Shown piece by piece: positions 12,276-25,700 of a DNA stretch of 64,000 nt. The stretch's first letter is position 1; every line of letters begins with the position of its first letter. The translations under genes and the position numbers were made by a program. The notes under the pieces were generated by a model. It searched no databases. It saw nothing but the letters and a program-made list of their open reading frames with translations, and was not told the origin of the DNA. Source of the DNA: the human T2T-CHM13v2.0 reference genome, Homo sapiens; the NCBI RefSeq assembly GCF_009914755.1, contig NC_060928.1. One strand, given 5' to 3'.

Positions 12276-14315
12276 ATGAGCATGTGGTGGGGAGTTTTAA
12301 CCAGGGAGGTGCTGTAATTAAATTAGAAAACAATCACTCTGGCTGCAGTATGGAAAATGGATTAGAGGAGATCAAGACAAGCCGGAGAGAAATTTTAGGA
12401 GATGTATTATTCAGGGGCTGAACATTTGAATTGTTGCTGATGTTTAACCTTTTTAGCTTTTCAAGAATTTTCATGTTGAAAAATCTAATTTGTTTATGCA
12501 CTAAAGTAATGAGAATGTGTGAGTTGACTAGTTCTTCCAGCACATGGACCAATACAGGCACTCTCTCATTGGACCTGCATTAATTTGAGGTTGCTTCATT
12601 TTGCCTCTTACAGTGACTCCTACAGAGCTAGGCTTGCTGAGTCTCTACGGTGACTGATGGAGTCAGTTGGAGGGGCCAGTTGCTACTGAAAATGCTCAGA
12701 GACCTAACTCCTAATTTACCCATAAACACCAGCTAGCCAGGCTGTATCATGTCTGCTGTAATTAGTTAGCGAGCTGACTTAGCACCTCAGTGCTATAATT
12801 TAAAGTAAACCCTGAACAGTCTTAGACTTGAGTATGCACGGTACAGTTAAGTTTAATCTGTATACAGGTTGTCTCTTTGGAGTCTGGGAATCAGTTTATG
12901 CTATTGGTCTTCTCTGACAATCTCCAGGTCACGCAGATTTGTACTGTCTAGGACATAATTAGCCTAGATTATACTCAGTGATTGCCAGCTTCACAGTGGC
13001 CTGTGAACAAATTATTTTGTTTAATGTGAGTGAATCAATAATGTGTCAGCAGTAGGATCACTACTCACATGCTATAAAATGCAAGACAGAGTTCAGATGT
13101 TTTTATATTTTAAAATAGAATGTATATTCCTTACTGTGTTAGGTGATTACTAGTTTTTTTAACAGATGAATCTGCTTCTATAATAGTGTTCTACCCCAAG
13201 AAAATATTGCTGACACAAATTGATTTATGGAAAGTTTTATTTGCTACTACTTATAAATGAGTTGTGCTGGAATTTGTTGCTGTATCTGCAGTTCTTAGTA
13301 TTTGCTAATATAAAAGATCCTTGTTATCTTAGTGCCAAAAGGCTACTTAAATGAATTCATAAAATATCCTTACCAGAAATTCATAGGAAACAGTGAAAAA
13401 AGTTTGTTACTTTACTTTGAAAAATAAAAACCTCAAAAGTTTTATTTTATTTTAACTTGATTTGCTTATAATTACATACAAAGTATTGGAAGGTACAAAG
13501 CACAAGCTACAAAAATCACTCAAGAAATATTAGATAACCTGAATTGCCCTCTATATTAAGGAATTTAAGTTTGTAGGTTTAAACCTTCCCAGAAAGAAAA
13601 CCCCAGAATCAGATAGCTTCATGGGTGAATCCTACCAAACATTTAAGCGAGAAAAAAATGCCAATTCTTTACACACTCTTCCGGAAATTTGAAGAGGATA
13701 GAATTCTTCCTAACTCATTCTATGAAGCTAGCATCATCCTGGTATCAAAGCTACATGATAACATTATAAGAAAAGAAAACTACAAACACCTCTTATGCAT
13801 GTAGATGCAACAATTTTAACAAAATTTCAGATGAAATCCATGATAGTCTGGAAAGGATAGATACATAATAACCAACTGGGATGTATCCCAGGAATGCAAG
13901 TTTGATTTAACATTTGAAGATTGATCAGTTACGATATTAACAGACTAACACTCGAGAAAAACATATGATCATCTCAATAGACATAAAAAACACTTGGCAG
14001 TAGCCTCATACAAATTCTCACCAAACTAAAAATAGACATAAATCATAAACTGAATGTATAACTTAGGCCCATAAAACATCTAGAAGAAAACGCTGGAGAA
14101 AACCTTTGTGACCTTGAATTAGGCAAAGATTTCTTTTATACAACACTAAAAGCATGGTCCATAAAAGGAAAAAATAATAAATTGGAGTACATTAAAATTA
14201 AGAACTGTTCTAAAAACATGAGAATAAAAAGGCAAAGCACAGACTGGGAGACAATATTTCAAACCCCATATCTGATAAAGGACATGAATCTAGGATACAC
14301 AAAGAACTTTAAAAA

Positions 14316-14740
14316 AACCCAAATGTCCAACAACGAAAGACTGGATTAAGAAAATGTAGCACATATACACCATGGGCTACTATGCAGCCATAAAAAATGA
14401 TGAGTTCATGTCCTTTGTAGGGACATGGATGAAACTGGAAACCATCATTCTCAGCAAACTATCGCAAGGACAAAAAACCAAACACTGCATGTTCTCACTC
14501 ATAGGTGGGAATTGAACAATAAGAACACATGCACACAGGAAGGGGAACATCACACTCCGGGGACTGTTGTGGGGTGGGGGGAGGGGGGAGGGATAGCATT
14601 AGGAGATATACCTAATGCTAAATGACAAGTTAATGGGTGGAGCACACCAACATGGCACATGTATACATATGTAATAAACCTGCACATTGTGCACATGTAC
14701 CCTAAAACTTAAAGTATAATAATAATAAAATTAAAAAAAT
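14316..14740 (+). mobile_element. 5'-truncated young L1PA (about PA2-PA4) 3' end
   Basis: Near-consensus aacccaaatgtccaacaa...G-rich tract...cctaaaacttaaagtataataataataaaa. Confidence 0.92.
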
Positions 14741-15112
14741 TCAAAATAGGAAACAACCTACTAAACAATGGGCAAAAGACTTAATTATTTAATTCACTAA
14801 AGAAGATCACAGATGGCAAATAAGCATATGAAAAAATGTTCAACATCAGTATTCATTAAGGGAATGCAAATTTAAAGCACAGTGACATACCACCATATGT
14901 CCACTAAAATGTCAACAGTTTTAAAACCTGACCATCTGAAGTGATGACAAGTATATGGAGCAACCAGAACTCATATAGTGTTTGAAGGAATGCAAAGTTG
15001 CAAAGTGGTACAGTGTTTTTGTAACGTAACAGTTTTTAACATATTTAAACATACACTTACGATGTGACCTAGCCATTCCCCTTTGAGATATTTGCTCAAA
15101 AGAAATTAAAGC

Positions 15113-15402
15113 GGCCAGGAGTGGTGGCTCACACCTGTAGTCCCAGCATTTTGGGAGGCCAAGAGGGGCAGATCACTTGCAGCCAGGAGTTCGAGACCAG
15201 CCTGGCCAACATAGCGAAACCCCGTCTCTACTAAATATACAAAAATTAGTCAGGCATGGTGGCATATGTCTGTAATTCCAGCTACTCTGGAGGCTGAGGC
15301 ATCAGAATCATTTGAACCCAGGAGGCGGAGGTTGTAGTGAGCCGAGATCTTGCCACTGAACTGCAGCCTGGGTGATGGAGACCCTGTCCGCCACAAAAAA
15401 AA
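15113..15402 (+). mobile_element. Alu (S/J)
   Basis: ggccaggagtggtggctcacacctgta dimer with A tail; ttaaagc on both flanks. Confidence 0.9.
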
Positions 15403-16169
15403 TATTTTAAAGCATATGTGTACAAAATATATTAAAGCATATGTGTTATAAAATGTTTGTAACAGCTGTATTTGTCATGATCAAAAACTGGAAAGAACCC
15501 GAATATCCATTAATTACAATCGAATGGATAAATATTGGTATATCCATACAATGTAATACTACTCAGCAATAAAAAAGAAATGAACCATTCAAACATGCAA
15601 CTATGTGAATCAATTAAAAAATAATTATGCTGAGTGGAAATAGCTGGCCAAAAAAGAGTATGTAGTATTTGATTCAATTTTTATAAAATTATTCATAATA
15701 CAAACCAATATATACTGAACAAAAGAGGTCAATGGTTTCCTGGAATGGTGAATTGAGGAGTGGAATCTGGCAGAGACAGGTGGAATGGCAAAATTTTAAA
15801 GGTGCACCTGGAAAGTTTTGGGAATGATAGACATGTTCATTTTCTTGACTATAGTGATGGTTTCTCAGGTATATACATATATTAAAACTTAAACTTGTAC
15901 ATGTTAAATATGTCCAGTTTATTATATGACAATTATACTGAATAAATCTTTTACAGAAATAAGACAGCAGAACAAGATTATTATATTGAATTCATCATGA
16001 CATTTCATGTCTTGAAAGCTATTAAAATTTTAATGAAGAGTAGACAAAATTAGAATCAAAAGTAGAGTTTACTTAGAATGTCTAGTTGTGATTGTATTGT
16101 CTAACCAATTTGCTCAGTTATTTACTCATAAATTATGATTGTTATTAAAATACACTTTTATGGTAAACT

Positions 16170-16350
16170 AAAGTGGTTTTCAAACATGGTCATACACAAG
16201 AATCACATGTAGGAAATTATTAGACATGCAGATTTCCAGGTTTTTCCCCTGCCCCCAGGAATTCTGAATTGTAGATGTGGATTGTGGGGTCTGGGAATCT
16301 GCAATTTCAGGCAGTTTTTGATGTGTGTATCCATAGACCACGCTTGGAAT
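16170..16350. mobile_element. MER5-like hAT MITE
   Basis: gtggttttcaaac...gattctga...gggaatctgcaattt...gaccacgctt. Confidence 0.55.
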
Positions 16351-17399
16351 TGCTTCTTAGCAGAACATTGTTTACATCAAAATTGCATGAACTGAGATGA
16401 ATGCAGTGGAAGACTGGTGCCATGCTATAATGGTGTATTTTCGATCAAGTTCTACCTATACGTCCACAAACCTGCTAGAGAGAGCAGTTGACTTATTTGG
16501 AAGGAGCACAAAGTTTGCATTTTGTGTGTTGTCGGATATTTATAGCACCCGCCCTCATTAGAAAATTAAAAGTGTACAGATACCACAAAGAATTAAGGTT
16601 TATAAGGGCTTCCTTTCCTCCTCCTCTTTCTCTTCTGCTTCTTACTCTTTCCCTTTTCCTCCTTTTCATAATATTTATTGACCTACATTTGATGTTTTTT
16701 GTAGTAATCATGTTTTTACCGGGCCATTCAATAATGAAAGGACAGGGGCAGAAGGAAGAAGGGACCACCTTCTGCTTTATCAGATACCTTTAAAAAAATA
16801 AACACACAGTAAGAGCAATGTAATTCACCACTTTCAAGTTTGAGGTCATGGAGAGCAGAAAAGCCTTTCTAGAAAGTATTTCTTTGTGCCTTTCCAGAGA
16901 TAGTTTATATCATCTATCAAATTATGGCACTTCTTACCTTCTGAAATACTTATAAACTGCCAGGAAGTAATCTTCTGTGGAAACTTACTCCATTAGAAAT
17001 GATGCCATTGCATTGGGAAGGAACTAAACTATCGGTTTACTGACCTGATCCCCACCATAATCAGTGACAAGCATGGCAAGACTCACAGCTGTTGTCCGGG
17101 GCCATGCCTGGGGCCATGGAATAACATTTTTCTTTGAGTAAGTTAAAAGAGTTGTGTAGTATGAAGCTCATGACTTCAGAGTCTTGTGCTGGATATGCTA
17201 ACCAAAAACGAACTGATTTCGCCTTAGGGTCACAAGATTGTGGGGCTACGTGTATACATAGTGGAGTCCAGTCTTCAAGATGGTTGCCAGTTTTAACTAG
17301 GCTGTGCTGATTGATCTGCCTCTTTAGAAAAAATAGCAGAACTTTAAATTTAGGCAATATTATAGTCCAGATCTTGAGTATGTGGTTTGATAATTTATA

Positions 17400-17480
17400 T
17401 GAATACATAAATGTGTGTATATGTATATACATATGTATGCATATGTGTATATAATATATATGTTTTATATATGTATGTGA
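17400..17480. repeat. (TA/TG)n compound microsatellite
   Basis: Alternating purine-pyrimidine run seen directly. Confidence 0.85.
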
Positions 17481-17510
17481 AAGTTGTGAAGAAATGTACA
17501 CTGTCGTTAG

Positions 17511-17873
17511 CATCTTAGTCTATTTGAGCTGCTATAACAGAATACTGTACACTGGTTGGCTTATACAAAAACAAATGTATTTCTTATAGTTTTGTAGACT
17601 GGGAAGTCCAAGGTCAGTACACCAGAAGGTTCAGTGTCTGGTGTGGGCCTGCTTTTTGGTTAATAGATAGCTGTCTTCGTGCTATGTCCTCACATGGCAG
17701 AAGGCACAAGGGAGATCTCTGGAATTTCTTAAAAGGACACTAATACCACTTATGAGGGCTCTATCCTCATGGTGTAATCACCACCCAAAGGACCTACCTC
17801 CTAATACCATAACATTTGGGGTTAGGATTTCAACATAGGAATTTTGAAGAGACATACACATTCATTTTATAGC
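17511..17873. mobile_element. MaLR LTR (MLT1A/MST-like)
   Basis: tcttagtctatttgagctgctataacagaatac...cctcacatggcagaagg...tatagca. Confidence 0.8.
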
Positions 17874-18093
17874 AGATAGATTATACTGTAGAACTAAATA
17901 ACAGAGTTGGAATCCTTCACAAAATTATAAAATATTTATGAACCTGAAGAGTAGGTGTCACTATAATTGAAAAAAAAATCAAATTTTGGGTGCTTGGAGA
18001 ATCATGGTGGTTTTATTGAGTTTTGTACCTTAAATTTGTGCAGTTGAGTGTTTCTTATTTTCTTTTTAGTATTTATTGTTTTGCTTTCCACAG

Positions 18094-18278
18094 ACATGAA
18101 GCCATTATTATATCAGGAACCGAAATGGCCAAGCATATCCAGAAAGAAATACAGCGAGGTGTGGAATCATGGGTTTCCCTTGGAAACAGAAGACCTCACC
18201 TCAGTATAATTTTAGTGGGAGATAACCCAGCAAGCCATACATATGTCAGGAATAAGATAAGAGCTGCCTCTGCTGTAG
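18094..18278 (+). CDS. MTHFD2L: MTHFD2L coding exon 2
   Basis: Acceptor ttgctttccacag. Encodes HEAIIISGTEMAKHIQKEI...HLSIILVGDNPASHTYVRNKIRAASAVG with the FolD-family YxxxK motif. Donor G|GTGGGT; 185 nt. Confidence 0.97.
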
Positions 18279-18868
18279 GTGGGTGTGTGTTTTAGTTGTA
18301 ATTACTACTAAATATGTTTTCTGTTTTTACTTCAAATTGTGATAATTATGAATGATAATTATCAAATAAGTGCCATTTGAATTGCATGTATTATTATTAA
18401 AGATTATTCAGTTACCAAAGCTTATGTTAATTTCATATGATTTTTCTTCAAATTTCTTATAGGGTTAATTCAGTGTGTTTTATATTCTATGGCAAGATAT
18501 GCAAAGGATAGTTTGCATCTAAAAGGCCTGCTTTCATTATATTTGCTTTAATCAAATAATAAACCTGGCTTGTTCACTCTGTTAAACTTGGCCTAATAGT
18601 TGCATGGTAGTGATATTTTTATTCTCTTCAAATCTACTAACAGTAGCTTATCTCAAACAAGTACAAATTGTCACCTGGCATTCCAGGCCAAAGAATACAT
18701 GTGGATCAAGAGGAAACACCTGTACTATTGGAGAAATCCTTCCTGATGATGCATGGAACATCAGAACCTTTCACGGCAGTAGGAACAGTCCCACACTGTG
18801 TCAGACACTATTGAGGAAAAACCATATTCAGTTAGTCAAGTGACCTTCTCTACCTGTTTTTCTTCTAG

Positions 18869-18991
18869 GTATTTGTAGTGAGCTCATTCTAAAACCTAAG
18901 GATGTTTCTCAGGAAGAACTTTTGGACGTAACTGATCAATTGAATATGGACCCAAGAGTCAGCGGTATATTAGTTCAGTTACCACTACCAG
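18869..18991 (+). CDS. MTHFD2L: MTHFD2L coding exon 3
   Basis: Acceptor tttttcttctag. Encodes [40 protein letters not shown] (Fol[10 protein letters not shown] motif). Donor G|GTACAT; 123 nt. Confidence 0.97.
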
Positions 18992-19205
18992 GTACATAAT
19001 GCTCCTCTTATTTATCTGATTTTGTTAAAAGTGAAACAAAGGGCATCTTTCAACATCATATTATGATACTGCAAGTAATTTATAAAATACATTCAGAAGG
19101 AGACTAGCTATTTTACTAGTAATAGGTGTAATAGTGATTTCTGAATGATTTGTGCTTACATGGACAAAATCCTTGAAAGTGAAATATAAGCATTGGCAAT
19201 ACATA

Positions 19206-20372
19206 CACTCCTTGCTTTGCACAGTAGTATGGGACTCTAAAAATGACGATGTAAGATGAAACCAGGTAATGTGATCTTAATAATCAAAGGTAAAAATAAC
19301 AATTTTTCTGTGGCCTTTAAAACTTCTTATCCAAGCATTGAAAACTCTCCTACTGTGGTTCATAAATGTATAGGGAAATGAATAATTAGTAAAACTAAGC
19401 TAATGTTTTTTAGTACACTCTAATTTAAAACATTAGAAACATTGAGAAAGTGTATGATATCTTTGCAAAAGCTCGTCAAAAGTAGTTGGAGCAGTGTTTG
19501 TCTTCTGTCTAATTCTATAACTTATCATATGGAATGGGCATCTTTTCTATGTCTTGGTGAATTGAACTGTTATATTCCTTTCAAAGTTTAGATTAGCTCC
19601 CAGTATTTTGTCTATTCTACTTTCAATGTTGTGAAATTTCTCTGAGAGTTCCTTAACATTTAAAGGAATTTCAGTATGAAGTTTCACATTGGCGTCACTT
19701 CATCTGAGATGTTGTTGTCTTTTTTATTACGATCACTTTCCTCGTTTGTGTGATGGATTCACCCTCATTAAGTTCCTCTGGCTGCGTAACTACGTCTCTC
19801 CAAAGGATTCAGTGTCAGCATTCTATGGTCAGCTATTTCTCCTACAACTCCATTTACATTAAATTAGATTCCTATTGAAATGACTTTGTTTTTTATGTTT
19901 ATCAGGCTTTTTCAACATAAGACTTACCTTCGCTTCATGCGGGCCTAGGTTTCTCTTGTCTTTGTTTGCTGTTGTTCAGATCTTCTACTTACATCCAGTT
20001 TCCATCCCAGCATTATCACATTTTGTTTCTTTGCTATACTTTCACTTTTATAGGCTAATCCCCTCTGTCTGTTATCCACTTTTGTAAAATATCATGTGGG
20101 TTTATCTCTGGGAAACATGGAGAAAACAACACTTTGCCATCTATGTTTGATGATTGTAAATGTGCAGTGACCAATCATTTGAAAGAAGTGCTATGACTGG
20201 TCACTGATCATCATCTCATCTGTTATTTCTGTAGTGATCTGTGGACTAAAGAGCTAGCAGCTCTTGTATAATTACTATGAAATTTGAAATGTGTTATTGG
20301 AGGACTAGTATTATTTAACTGAATTGTTGTTCTGAAATTTGTGCATATTTAAACTGCGCAAAATGAGGACTG
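19206..20372. mobile_element. Tigger-type (TcMar) DNA transposon, possibly Tigger6
   Basis: Imperfect terminal inverted repeats cactccttgctttgcacag / ctgcgcaaaatgaggactg, left end preceded by TA; about 1.17 kb. Confidence 0.55.
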
Positions 20373-21039
20373 CAGGTATAGTATAGGTTACAGTAGCTTT
20401 GTAGTTTTGAGTTCTGTAAGCTTTGATTAACAATCGTGATGTGCAAAAAGTAAAGCTATATAATGCTATTATATGGGATCTTTATGTGGTATTAATATTT
20501 TTCTTTATCCAGCAATATAATGTAATATCTTACTTAGCATATGTTATAGCTTTTGTGCTGTTTACATTATATCAAAAATTCATACTTCTAATTCTTTTCC
20601 TCCAATATAGCTGCACTGACAAAAATCATCAAGTTAATAAGAATCTCAGAAGCTATCAGTTTTCCCCCTGAGAAAAATGCTCTGGCAGATAATGCTTACA
20701 TTAATGATGTTAAAGTTAGTATAGTGATAGTATCACTTACCTTTAAAACTAGAAAAAAAATTCAACACGTGCAGCACTCTTATATCATAGGAAAATGAGA
20801 TCTAGAGAAGATCAGGAGTTTATTAACATCACAAATCTGTCCAAAAAATTTTAACAGTGTTTCTCAATTGTTTGACTCACTCACAATGAATCTCCTGTTG
20901 GTACTGTATTTATCAAGCAATCTTCTTATAGTTTGCAGTTTTTGAAATTTTCTCTACTTGGCATTTCTATGACATTTCAATAACTGTATAAACATGTCAC
21001 AACATTAATTCTTAAAATGTCCATTCTACACAAAATGAC

Positions 21040-21945
21040 CTGAAAAGACATTTCTTAAGAGAAGACATACAAATGGCCAACAGGTATATGAAAATGATAA
21101 ACTTCACTAATTATCAGGGAAAGGCAAATTAAAACCACAATGAGATATCACCTCACACCTGTTAGGATGGCTGTTATCAAGAAAATGAGGTAAGTGTCAA
21201 GGATGTAGAGAAAAGGAACCCTTGCTCACTGCTGTTTAGAATGTAAATCGGTACAGTCATTTTAGAAAACAGCATGACAGTTCCTCAAAAAATTAAAAAT
21301 AGAATACCGTATGATCAAAAAATTCCATTTCTGTATATATATCCAAATGTCATGATATCAGTATGTCAAAGAGATATCTGCACTCCTAAAGTAATGCTGC
21401 ACATTGCAGCATTACTTTAAGATACATAATCAACTTTAGTGTCTATCAGTGGCTGAATGGATAAAGTAAATGTTGTTGTATATATACACTATGAAATAAG
21501 AATCAACTTTTTAAAAGAATGAAATCCTGTCATTTGCTATAACATGGAACCTGAAGTGTATTATACTAAGTAGAATGAGCTAGGCACAAAAAGAAAAACC
21601 TGCATGATCTTACCTGTAGAATTTTTAAAAGTAAACTCATGGAAACAGAGTTAATGGTGGTTACCAGGGACTGAGGACTGGAGAGGGGATTGTGGAGATG
21701 TTGGTTAAAGGATACAAAATTTTAGTTAGACAGGAATAAGTTGTGGAGGTCTATTGTACAACATGGTGACTTAGCTAATAACAACATACTATATACTTGC
21801 AAATTGCTGAGAAAGTAGATTTTAAATGTTCTCACCACAAAAATACATATCTTGACTTAGCTGTTTCATAATGTATACATATGTCAAAACATTGTACACC
21901 ACACATATCTACAAATTTTTCTTTGTTAATTTAAAAGTATTAAAA
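21040..21945 (+). mobile_element. L1MA-like 3' end
   Basis: gaagacatacaaatggccaacaggtatatgaaa through a 3'UTR with aaatgttctcaccacaa. Confidence 0.85.
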
Positions 21946-22279
21946 TAGTCATAGTTTTCAAAGTACATTACATTTAGTTTGTCACAGATTTCTAACTACG
22001 TTGGATTTTATATCTGTAGAAATTTTACCCCTTTTGAGCAACATTCCTTATTTGGTGAATTTATTAGCAGCTCGCTGCTAGATGGCACTGGTGATTTGTC
22101 TGTATTAAATACTAAATTGCCTGAGTCCTGTGCTAGAGACTAAATTGTTTGAGTGTCTCAAACAGAGAGTGTGAGAAGCATAGAGCTAAAGTGACCACAG
22201 TGATTAAAAAAAAAAATCTGGATGTTCTGAGAAAGGGCAGTTTTCTATGTAGCCAAAAAGCCAATAATGCCAAAATTGT

Positions 22280-22790
22280 GGCTAACATTTATTACATTAT
22301 GACACTTTTGTATGCCATTTATATTACAAATGGCACTTTGTATTTATTAACCCATTGGATCCTCACAATAATCCTGTGAAGCTGGAGCTATTATATATTT
22401 TTTACTGATGAGAAATTTGAGGCGTGAAGAGGGTAAGTAACTTCTTCCAAGTTCATGGAGTTGCTAAGTAACTGAGTTGGGATTTGAATCCGGGCAGACT
22501 GGCCCCCATGCCAAGAATACTCTTACCGATTATGTTAGCACCCTCACTGGCACATCAATGTTATCTAGTGAGTCATGTGTGCTTACTATGTGGCAGGCAC
22601 TCCCTTACCTGGATTATTTTATTGAATCCTACAAACACCCTTATATGATAAGAATTAACTTCTTCATTTTATAGTTAAAGAGACTGAGACACAGGGAGGT
22701 TAAGTGAATTGACCAGTATTACCTGTTAATAAATGGTAGAGCCAAGACCCAAACCCAGATCAACTGATTTCAGAGCCTGCCTTTTAAACT
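22280..22790. mobile_element. Two tandem MIR copies
   Basis: Cores atcctcacaataatcctgtga...gagaaatttgaggc and gagactgagacacagggaggttaagtga. Confidence 0.7.
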
Positions 22791-25700
22791 TCTTGTTACG
22801 TTTTACTGTCTCTCAGAACATAGTAAGGCATAACGTAAGCACATATATTTCAAACATTCACATACAAGTTCCTAGCACATGTAACCACCAAGTTGCTGAT
22901 CGTTTGGTTTCCCTGTTTCCATACTTATAACCTATATTTTTTACGATTTTTACCTTGCTCAATAATGGTATTCCTATTTTTATTCATAATTTCTTTTTGG
23001 TAAGGTTTAAAAATGATAGCAATGGGATTAAAGACATATTAAATATACTATTCCTTTCAAAGTAGCCTCCATTTTAGTAATTGCACTTTGGTACATTTTT
23101 GCTAGCAGAAGATATTATTCAAATATGGGTATATACAGTCTGAATTTATAATGTGGCTTTGTGATTTACTGACTGTTACTTAACTTTGATGAGTCTTACT
23201 TTCCTCATAAAAAGAGAATTGAAAATCGATCTTTTATACTACATATTGGGAACATATAGTTTGTTAGTTAATAGAAAAAGTTGGTTAAAGTAGAAAATTG
23301 TAAAACAATGCATATGTACCTTAAACATTGTGTTATGTAATAAATAATTTAAATATTCATTCATCAATCTTTAACATAGATTAAAAGCTTTCTGGAGCCC
23401 ACTGATTGGACTTCTGCATCATCTTCTGGCATTAATAATACTTATAATTCATTGCCTGTAATTTTCAGGTTGCGGTGTAACAGTGAAAATTCATCTAGAT
23501 TTTCAAAATGTCTCCCAGTCTTCAAAGTCGCCTTGCTGTTACCTAAGTCATACTAATGCTTTTTAGTTCTTGAGAGTCTTTCCAGATCATTCAGCTTAGT
23601 TTTCTTACAAATAAGAACTGTTCCCTTTTGCACTCCATTGTCATTTATTTATATCATTTTTACCTATGTTATAGAATTTACTATGAAAAAACTGGCAAAG
23701 ACAGGCTGGGAAATACAAAAATTGTCTCTTGGTTATGAAACTCAACTGATAGGGTTAGGAATAGTTTATTAACTATTCTCTGATATGTCCAGCAAGGGCT
23801 GGGCATCAGCCTTCATGTTTTACAGAATAAATGGAGCTCATTAGTTATTTTGATAGATTGGCTGTATAGAAGTAGATGAATACAGCCTCTCCTATGTATA
23901 TCTCATAAGACTGTTATAATGAACAAATTAAACAATAAGCAAATGAAAAAATGAATGAGTCTAGTTGATTACACCTTCAAGCTTAATAATATAAAATTAT
24001 TTTCTATAATTTGGTTAGTAAATGTGTATTTCAAATTATTTTATCATTAGAAATCTGAGATTTCTCACAATTATGGCAATGTCTTGAGTAAAATAAATTC
24101 CAAGTTAGAATTATAATTCTAATGTTTGAAGACAGGTTTGCATAAGAATTAAACAGAATGTGCAGGGAGTTTCCATGCCTCTCATTTGAGCAACAAGCAA
24201 AGAAATGAGATAGAATTCTGTCCTGTTTAATGGTACTGGGGCTGTCACAAGCTAAGCCTTGTTTATGTTCAGAAGCTGTGCAACTTTGTTCAGGATTTGA
24301 AATGCTCGGGATATAAGAGTACACAGGCTTGCTGTTTGTCCAGTAGCTGACCCTAAAGCTAAGGAGAAATAAAAATGACCGAATGCAGATGCTTTCCTAC
24401 TCCTGTCCTGACCGTGCAGAGATTCTTATCAATAAGTGGTCACTTTGTCGAGGTAAGAAAGGGGTCTGTTATTTATGTTATATTCTTTTTTTCTTCTAAG
24501 TAGGCATTTTATTTTATTTTTTTTTAGCTTTTATTGAGTTATCTGTATTAAACTGATATCATATTAAAAGTTAAATTTTTGGAGTATGTATCTTTGTATA
24601 GAGTAAAGTAATTAGAAAAATAGTCTTTTAAAACTGGGAACCAGTGGCATCCTTTTCAAACTAGAATAATAAAAGGGAAATTATAATATTCACAAACTTG
24701 AAGCACACTGGAATTCTGCTATAAATGTTTGTTATAGAATAGAATTTGGTGCAGGGTGAATTTGATTTAAGAGGGTTTAAATTATATGAACTGTGTGAAA
24801 ACATTTAGATCTAAGGCTGAAAACAATTATCAACTCAATGAAATTTTAATATGGTATTTCACAACTGTGACTTCATGACAGCTGTTACAAGTGTCAGGAA
24901 TGGTAAATATGTACTATTTACTAATGCCAACACTGTACAGAAGTGCTTTATATACAATAAATCATTTATTACTCACAGCAATCCTTACCAGTAGATGCTA
25001 TTTCTATCTGAGGTTTGTGGTTAAGGAAAAAGAGTGAACTGAGTAACTGGTGTGAGTTCACTCAGTGAGTAAGTACCAGAGCGTTGTCAAGAGAACCAAG
25101 TGTAGCATCCTTCGTACCATAGTCACAGTCCTACAGCAGAAATTTAAGAGAGCATCAAGAGAGATGCTTGCTTACCCGCTTTGTATTTACTTGCTCTCTG
25201 AGAAGTCTACTTCTCATTTATTTCTGGAACACAATTAGGTAAACTCTATCTATTTCAAATGTTCTCTTCAGTTGTCTAGTTTGAAGCCTTTGAGGATTAG
25301 CACCTTCCAGTTTATTCAAGGGAATTGGACAAAGAAATGAGAATGAACTATAGGATTAAAGGATAAAACTAAAGAAGGTGAGTTAGAAGAGTTTGAGTTC
25401 ATGGCGCAGATTTAACATAAAATAATCGAATAATTAGTAGGCATAAAAAGGTGGATATCGACCTAACTAGTAAGCATGGAGATATGTGTATTTGTCTAAA
25501 ACTCATTTCTTCATTTGGGGAAAAAAAGTATTGCTATAATTACTTTTCATGAGAAATTATCAAATTTATGTATCCAGAACACTGATTATTATTAAAATGT
25601 TTGACCAGAGTGGGAATTTTTTTTTATCATTCTGAACTCTTTCCTATTTTATTCTGTTTAATTCAAGATGGTTTCTAAATTTTAATTTTACTTTGTTTTA

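Larger units (their letters stand above)
13490..15950 (+). mobile_element. Old L1 (L1MC/ME-like) with nested L1PA 3' end and Alu
   Basis: ORF2-like segments (gaatcctaccaaacatttaag, atcccaggaatgcaag) and an old 3'UTR that resumes after both nested inserts. Confidence 0.8.

Noticed and set aside
14569-14592. G-quadruplex motif
   Set aside because: Standard G-rich tract of the L1PA 3'UTR.
21187-21195. Perfect donor GAG|GTAAGT inside an L1MA (similar one at 22433 in a MIR)
   Set aside because: No convincing acceptor at exon distance upstream.
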